A stretch of 64,000 nt of DNA from the NCBI GenBank assembly GCA_052426225.1, contig JBNJNM010000014.1, forward strand, positions 186,001 through 250,000, read 5' to 3'. This document shows, one piece after another, positions 57,051-64,000 of the stretch. The DNA comes from Zancudomyces culisetae HAW-14-8 (lineage: Eukaryota > Fungi > Kickxellomycota). Both the position numbers and the translations under genes were made by a program. The notes below the pieces were generated by a model. That model did no database searches. It worked only from the letters and a program-made list of their open reading frames with translations, and was not told the DNA's origin. Each line of letters opens with the position of its first letter. Position 1 is the stretch's first letter.

Positions 57051-60000
57051 TTATAAAAGTGCAAATAGTTCATTTCTTATCGTTTCATCTAGACTGTCAT
57101 CATACGCAAATATCAACTGTAGCAGCAGTCTATTTTTATGTGCGATTGCAGCCATAATACACTGATTTAGTACACCATCCAAACTACAATCACATTTCAG
57201 TAAGAGTTCTGCAATATCTTTTCTATTTTCTTGGAATGTTTCCAATAGAATAAAGGACTCGACAAGTATCATAGTGCTCCCTTCATCTGAATTGTTAGTT
57301 TTATCAAAAGTTATGGTTTTTATAGCCCTATCAAAAACAAATTTTGTAATATTCCTTGTCAGACCAGCGTCACCAAACACAGGAGATAGGACTGTCGATG
57401 TTTTTTTGAGAATATGTGTATATGGAACTAGTTCAGGTATCCACGCACCATTATTTATCAAAATTTCAAAGCTACCAAACTTTTTGTTTTCGAGTGATTC
57501 TCTAAGCCCGTTGTACGTTGTATTCTCAACTTTCGCACCATGTTCTAGAAGTAATTCGATGATCTCGACATTTCCGTGACTGGCTGCTTCAGGTATTCCG
57601 GTATATTCTTCATTATCTAGTTTAGCGCCATGTTTTATCAGCAATCTAACCATTTCAAGATTATTATTTTGGCATGCTTCTTTTATCCCATTCTGTTTGT
57701 ATGTTCTAAGATTCAACTCTTTACTTAGGAGCCATTTGAGCATACACATATTGTTAACTTCACAGATATTTCGAAGTATTATACCACGTCTATCATCGTG
57801 ATAGTAGTAGTCATTTCTGTTCAATATTCCATTCATTATTTCTCTATTATCATTCTTTGCAATAGCCTTATAGTAGCTTTCAGTATGAACACATAATCTT
57901 GAGTCTACGCTCAAAATAAGCTTGGCGATATGTGTATCATTTGCAACACACGCTTCATAAAACCCGTTCTTGCAACAACTTATCAGTCTAACGCGAAATT
58001 CTAACAGTGCATCAATGAGTTCCCTTTTTTTTGTGGTAAATATTTCGGAATAATCAGCGATAACAGAAAGAAACCATAGTTTGACTTTTGAGTGTATAAT
58101 TCTCAACATTTCAATATTCTGGTTGGAAACCACTTTTTTAATTGCCTCGTTATCAATACACGAGTGGTTTGCACCATTAGTAGACAAGAGTTTAAATAGT
58201 TCAGTGTTATTGTTGTTTACTGTATCCAATAACCCATTAAAATCAGGTTTGACCGATGAGGGCCATATATCCCTACGAATAAGAGTCTGTACTAACTCAG
58301 TATTTCCAGCGTTAGAAGCATACTGGAACCCACGGAATGTTTCATAATTTATATTCACACCCTTTTCAAGTAAAAAGTTGACAATTTCAAGACTGTTGTT
58401 TTTACAGGCAATTTTCAGACCGTTGAACAAATCTTGCTTTATATCGAAACCAAGGCGAAGTAGCGTGGAAATTAAGTTTATACTATTAAGTTCACAAGCC
58501 ATTTCAGCTAATTTTGGTGAGATGTACGAAACTCCTATCCCATTATCAAGAAGTAAAGCTATCAGCTCACAGTTCTTGTATTTGGCTGCATGTATAAATC
58601 CACATTCGTTAGCATTAAAGGAATCACCCTTGCTAAGCAACAGTTTTGCAATTTCCAAATTATTGTTTCTACATGCTATCTTGATACAGTCAGATATATC
58701 TTTGAAATGAATCCCAGTAAGAAAAATGTATTCCAAGTGCGCAATATCATTGAATTCACATGCTATTGCAGTCATCTTGTCACAATGTTCTTCAAAATTT
58801 CCACCATTTTTAATAAATGGCTGCAAATTACGGATTTTTTGGGTACATGTTGTAGTACCACACTTGTACCGTCGTGTTTTGCTTCAAGCCCATGATTTAC
58901 GAGTATTTTTAGTATATTCTGCCTCAAAACATCTATTTCTTCTATTGTTTGTTGATAATACTCGTCGTTCACATTATTAGACTGATTTCCTTTATTGATA
59001 ATTGCTAATATTCTAACTTTCTGATCCGTTTCTGCTTGAGCAATAGCAGGTGGATTGTTTATAATCGAAACTAAAAGTTCTCTCAATATGACCAAATAGC
59101 TATAATGTTTTTTATATTCCTTATTGTAGAATAACAGTTTCAACTCAATATCAATTTTCTCAAGTAAATCATTAGTCTCGCCATTGGAAAGTAGGTCAAC
59201 TATTGTCTTGTAACTTAGACGCTTTTTTTCAAAAGTAAAAAACTCGCAATGGTCACATAGGAATGTTAGTATCTGTTTGAAATTGCTAATATCTGCCTTA
59301 TCGTCCGGTGATAAAGTTATTTGTTTTCCTGGAAACAATCGATCCAAGATCTGGTAGCCTTTGTCTCTCACAACTTCAGTTAAACAACAATTCTCATTTC
59401 CCTCCAATGTAGCACCCATTTCAAATAACCTTTCTACCAGTTTTATCTCAAGGTTACTACATGCAATTCGTAGAGCATAGTTTTCTGGTTCAATAACATT
59501 CACACCAGCATTCAATAGCTTTATCAACAGAACTATATCATCTGATAAATATATTCTTGATAACAGGGTGCTTATTTTGTCTTTAGAATACTCCAATCTC
59601 AAATATACGCTAGCGAGAAGATCAATATCGTGAGTTATTGCAACCACATCAAACACCAGTTCCTTATTGGTCTCAAATAACTTGTGGCTGATCAAAGCTC
59701 TTGTTAATCCTGGCCGATTTTCTATAATCGAAATGTAAATAGAAAAGAGATACACCTGGTTCAAACCCAAGTCGACCTCTTTTGTCAGTACATTAACCTT
59801 TTGGAGTTTCATTTTCATAAAATCGTTGGTACCAAGTTCGGTGACTATATATTCAAAATCGAATTTATACTCAATGTCTATCATGTACAACATAATGTCA
59901 AGTCGATTGAGTGAAATGGAATTGTAGATTTTGTGCACCAGATAATATCCCATAATGAGATTGTCAGACAACCTTAGACTTTCTAGTTGATTTTTGAGAT

Positions 60001-60867
60001 TTTTATCCTTTTCCTCGATATATGAGGTATCAATAGGTATGTTGTACAGCTTTAGAACTTGCTTGATTTTATCCAATTATTTGACTTTTGAATCCACAAC
60101 ATGAATGGAATAGCAAAACAGCTCACTGAAACCACTACCTTTGCTAAAACATCGTTTGAAGTTTTCACATTGTCAGAGAAATGCCAAGTCAAGGATTTTT
60201 TGTAATTCGGTTGAAAATGGGCATAGAACAGAGGAACTGCTAAGTAATCTTTCGTCTGGATAGCTATACTTTGAAAATAATCATCCTCTGTGTTGTACCG
60301 ATCATATTCTATCACAAATTTGTACCCCTCAAGCAAACATGTGTTCTCAAATAGAATTTTGTTGCCATTTTTATCGTATACTACATAAAATGAGGTAAGT
60401 TTTTCAACAGTTTTATTCCATTTCTGTGATATTGCTAACTCACAAAATTCTGAGTATGGAATTTCATCAAATAGTGACAGCAACCCAACAGATATTCTTT
60501 CGTGCTTCGCAATTAATGGATATTTTTTGAGAAACACTAGATAGTTTTTATAATCTTCCAATTTTTCAAAATATAGTGCTTGTACATTGCAGGGTTCAAT
60601 AATACTATCATAGCCGAGTATTTCACAGGTCCGATACACTCTTTCGCAATATAAGCCGTATACATACATATCACGATAACACTTGTAATCAGCTATATAT
60701 TTTTTGCAAGCATTCCTAATTAAGAGACGTCTCAACTTTAAATTATTCGAAGCATTATAGAAATTATTGGTAAGTGTTGATAAACAAGGATCGCCAGAGT
60801 ATGAAAGTATTCTAAAGGCAATTTCTTCAGTGAGTTGGTTAAAGGCTATTTTCGTTTGTTTACTCAT
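57051..60867 (-). pseudogene. F-box/ankyrin paralog, pseudogene
   Basis: Relative to copy 1: 1-bp deletions at ~60160 and ~58835, and an in-frame TAA at 60077-60079. These split it into three ORF-track pieces. Confidence 0.85.
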
Positions 60868-61785
60868 TGTAACTATAAAAAAACTTGTGAGATTTTTGAG
60901 ATATTGTAGTTGAGATGAACACGAGGTTTTAATATATACAATATAAATAGCTTATTGTTAAGTTTAAAAAATGTATAAGGTTGGTTTTTAAATTGGGAAG
61001 GAAGCTAAGGGGTTATATATCAAAACATATTGGTATGTCAAAAGTATAATGAATTACTGAAAACTATCGGAATATTGGTAAATGTACATACCAGAGCACA
61101 AGAGTATATTATGAGCACGAAAATGGGTGGGGGTGAATTAACTAATAATTAATTTAAAGGTCTGGTTTTTATTAAAAATATTCTTTATTCATAAAAAAGT
61201 AAATTGGTCAGAAGATTAACTGTTGATATATTTTCAAAGCTTTAAATTGAATTAAAGCCTAAAGTGGTACTTGCAAACAAAATGTGCATTTTTTACCTAT
61301 TTTGTGCAAGCTGATAAATTACTATACCCAGTTTGGCTCAATTATTTGTGGAAAATTAATCAATTTTGATATTTTAGTGTGATGGCAAGGATAGCGGAGT
61401 CTAAGAATACGCTGATGAATAATACACATTTGAGTTGACTATCCACAGTAATAGAATTCTTGGGGAATAGTATTGCAAAACATTCAACTAGTATCTACAT
61501 ACTGTGCTATTGTTAAATTTTAGGGTTGTACTCTGTTTTTCTTATTGTTTGATACCAACAACAGCCATGTCGCACCAATTTCACTACAAATCAAAACCGG
61601 AAGCACATCTTTGTTGGATTGACGCTTTTCTATATTATTAACAGCATACAGTATTCAAACTAGCCTTACAATAATGAACTCTATACAATACAAAATAAAT
61701 ACCATGCTCTTAAATGCAGGTTTGTTTACTAACATCCTCAAAAATGCAAAGATTGAAACACAAAATGGGTAAAAATAAAAAATCA

Positions 61786-63462
61786 TCACAAAAGATGACA
61801 CGCCAATTTGGCTAACTGAACCTCTAACCCCTTGTAATCAGGATCGCTAGAGGTGGAGAATTGAGTCAATAGCTCAGAGATTGATGACAAAGTACGAGGG
61901 ACATCCTCGATAACACAGCGAGGTGCAGACTTTGGTGTAGAGGGATGTGCATGGTTGCAGGAAGACAGAAACTCTGTTAGTTCTGAATCAGTTGAACATA
62001 CTTGCGAGTGTGACGAGTGGTTTGAGGATGGTGACTGAAATGGTTGCTGAGTGTGTTCAGGAGATACCAGTGCTGGTAGATCGGAAACACCAAACTCGGG
62101 AAAATCGACTTTTTTCCGTGGAGTGGATCGTGAAGTTGGTGATGATGTGGGATTGAGGCAGTCCAAAGCAGCAGAAACAAATTCAAACGCACCCTTTGAT
62201 AGTTCGTTTGACTTCTTTGAAAAAAAGGTATCCAGAGTGGGCGGGAGGGCATCACCAGAGTTGCCTAGAAAATATCTAAGCGAAATAAGGTATTGAAGCC
62301 CCAAATCATCACCAACAATTGATAGTAGGGGATTTGAAAGTGTAGAGCTGTGTTTAGGACCCAGATCAATATGAAGTGTGGTTGTATTATTTCGGTTAGA
62401 ATCGTGTTTGCTATTATAGAACTTTGAGAGTGGATCCACAAAAAAGTTGTTGTACATATAGTGGTTTGGGTGTTTGGAGGGAAAATCTATAGATGAAGGA
62501 TCCAAAGATCCATCTGGTAGCACTGTGGGTTTGGTACTTGGCCCATCTGCCACTTTCTTGCTTGAAATTGATGCTTTTTGTTTACTATGCTCTGTAAATG
62601 AATAATCTTTATAAATCTTGTTGACATGAGGCGTATCAGCAACCAGGGCTTCATTCTTCAGCACGTCAATAGGCTCAGTCGTGTGATCATTGTCCAACAC
62701 CCATAGTTTTTGCTTTTCTACTTCCTTTTTTATCAGTTTGCGCCCAAACTCCAGCATTCTTTGTATGTGTTCGTAATATTTACGATTAGGGTGGCTCTGT
62801 CTTTTTGAGTTTTTACACATTAACACAAAATCTGCCTTAAACTGCTCGATCTGCTTGTATTTCCCCCTCTCAACCCTTTTTTTCATTATTTCTAAACTGA
62901 TAGGGTTTTTGCTGATCTTTGGGTGGTGTTGAGTTTGTTTAGAGCTCATAGGCGTTTGAAACATCGTGTATTCATCCTTTTTATTGAGCTTTCGCAGAAT
63001 CTTCAGCATTGCTTTATTAGTATCCCGCGATTTCTCTACACACTCTTCTCGGTTCTTCGGAGCTTCGTATGTTAGTTTCAGTCTCTTACCACGTGGAGCA
63101 TATCCATTTTGGTTTACATCCATACGTTTCCTTGTGGCAGGAATAGAGTTTGTGAGTTTATTGTAGCTTTCCCTGATATTTTTGCTCAAGGAAAACTCAG
63201 GATATAGCCTCTTCACTGCTGATAGGTTTATTTTTATTTTTATCCCACTACTCTTTTCAGTTACTGCCATACTGGTTTGATCAAGAGAACTGGGCTCGAT
63301 TGAGTTTCCTAGATTTTCTTGATCTCTTTTTTCAAAGCCCTGTTTACTTCTGAACTTGATTGTTATCCTTTTGACCTTTACTGGCTTCTTGGTTGTCCGT
63401 ACCTCGTTATCGGCTATCCTGGATGGCGTGTTGTTGAGTATCAGATGGCATCCTACTCACAT
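61786..63462 (-). CDS. Bromodomain protein (BRD7/9-like), second copy, intact
   Basis: Differs from copy 1 by about 7 residues, all C-terminal of the bromodomain; same putative split start codon (63462). Confidence 0.75.
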
Positions 63463-64000
63463 AGTATTACAAAACATTAACAGATCCACAAAGTAGCCTG
63501 AACCGAAAATAGATTATTAGAGTTGATTTCAATATAGCTTGAAAGGAATTAACAAAAACACAAAAAATGGGTGTATAACCCATTTTTCAACGTATCTAGT
63601 ATATCTGTGTTTCATGGAATATTAGTCCAAGTATATGAAAAGCCATACATGGGCCACACAAGAAGTATGTGATAAAAGTGAGTTATTGGCTGCTCACAGT
63701 TTGTTAGACATAATAAAAAGAAAAAAGGAAATATCTTTTTTGTTCATTTAGTCTCATGATCATAAAAGTCCTTAGCCATCATATAACAAAACATAAAGTA
63801 AAACAGTAAGAAATGGATTAATACCAGGCAGCCATACTACCAACCTGGGGTTATGAATTAGCCAATTGAAAAATCCAGCTATTCGATTCCCACAGGTTGG
63901 TACCCATCCCACTCACGAATTCAATTAAATCTGCCTTACAAAGCAATAAACCGCAACAGCAGTCTTTAATAAAGAAAAAAAAGATTTCTGGTTTTACCTT

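Larger units (their letters stand above)
56918..64000 (+). repeat. Segmental duplication, copy 2 (runs off the window end)
   Basis: Colinear with 23356-30388 at an offset of ~33.6 kb. Confidence 0.95.

Overview
AT-rich eukaryotic DNA with GT-AG introns and a fungal-type gene set. Gene content and style suggest an early-diverging fungus such as an arthropod-gut Harpellales; that is inference, not shown by the sequence. The left part carries a cytochrome P450 (cut by the window edge), two secreted precursors, a GT31-like glycosyltransferase, cysteinyl-tRNA synthetase, a multi-exon IPI1/TEX10 gene and an amino-acid transporter. A ~7-kb block (F-box/ankyrin gene plus BRD7/9-like bromodomain gene) occurs twice in direct orientation, at 23.4-30.4 kb and 56.9 kb-end; the second ankyrin copy is a mosaic pseudogene. 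Between the copies is an accessory region. It holds a tRNA-Asp/tRNA-Glu dimer, a DIRS1-type retrotransposon found as two oppositely oriented halves around a transcription-factor gene, a 400-bp DIRS-end derivative, a decayed LINE-like relic, a GPI-anchored inactive trypsin homologue and further secreted precursors. The most novel signal is an unannotated family of three small secreted Cys-patterned proteins (8068-8622 intact, ~34.0-34.4 kb pseudogene, 46181-46603 with one in-frame TGA). Together with other acidic-propeptide/cationic-peptide precursors, these look like a fast-turnover toxin, antimicrobial or adhesion repertoire.
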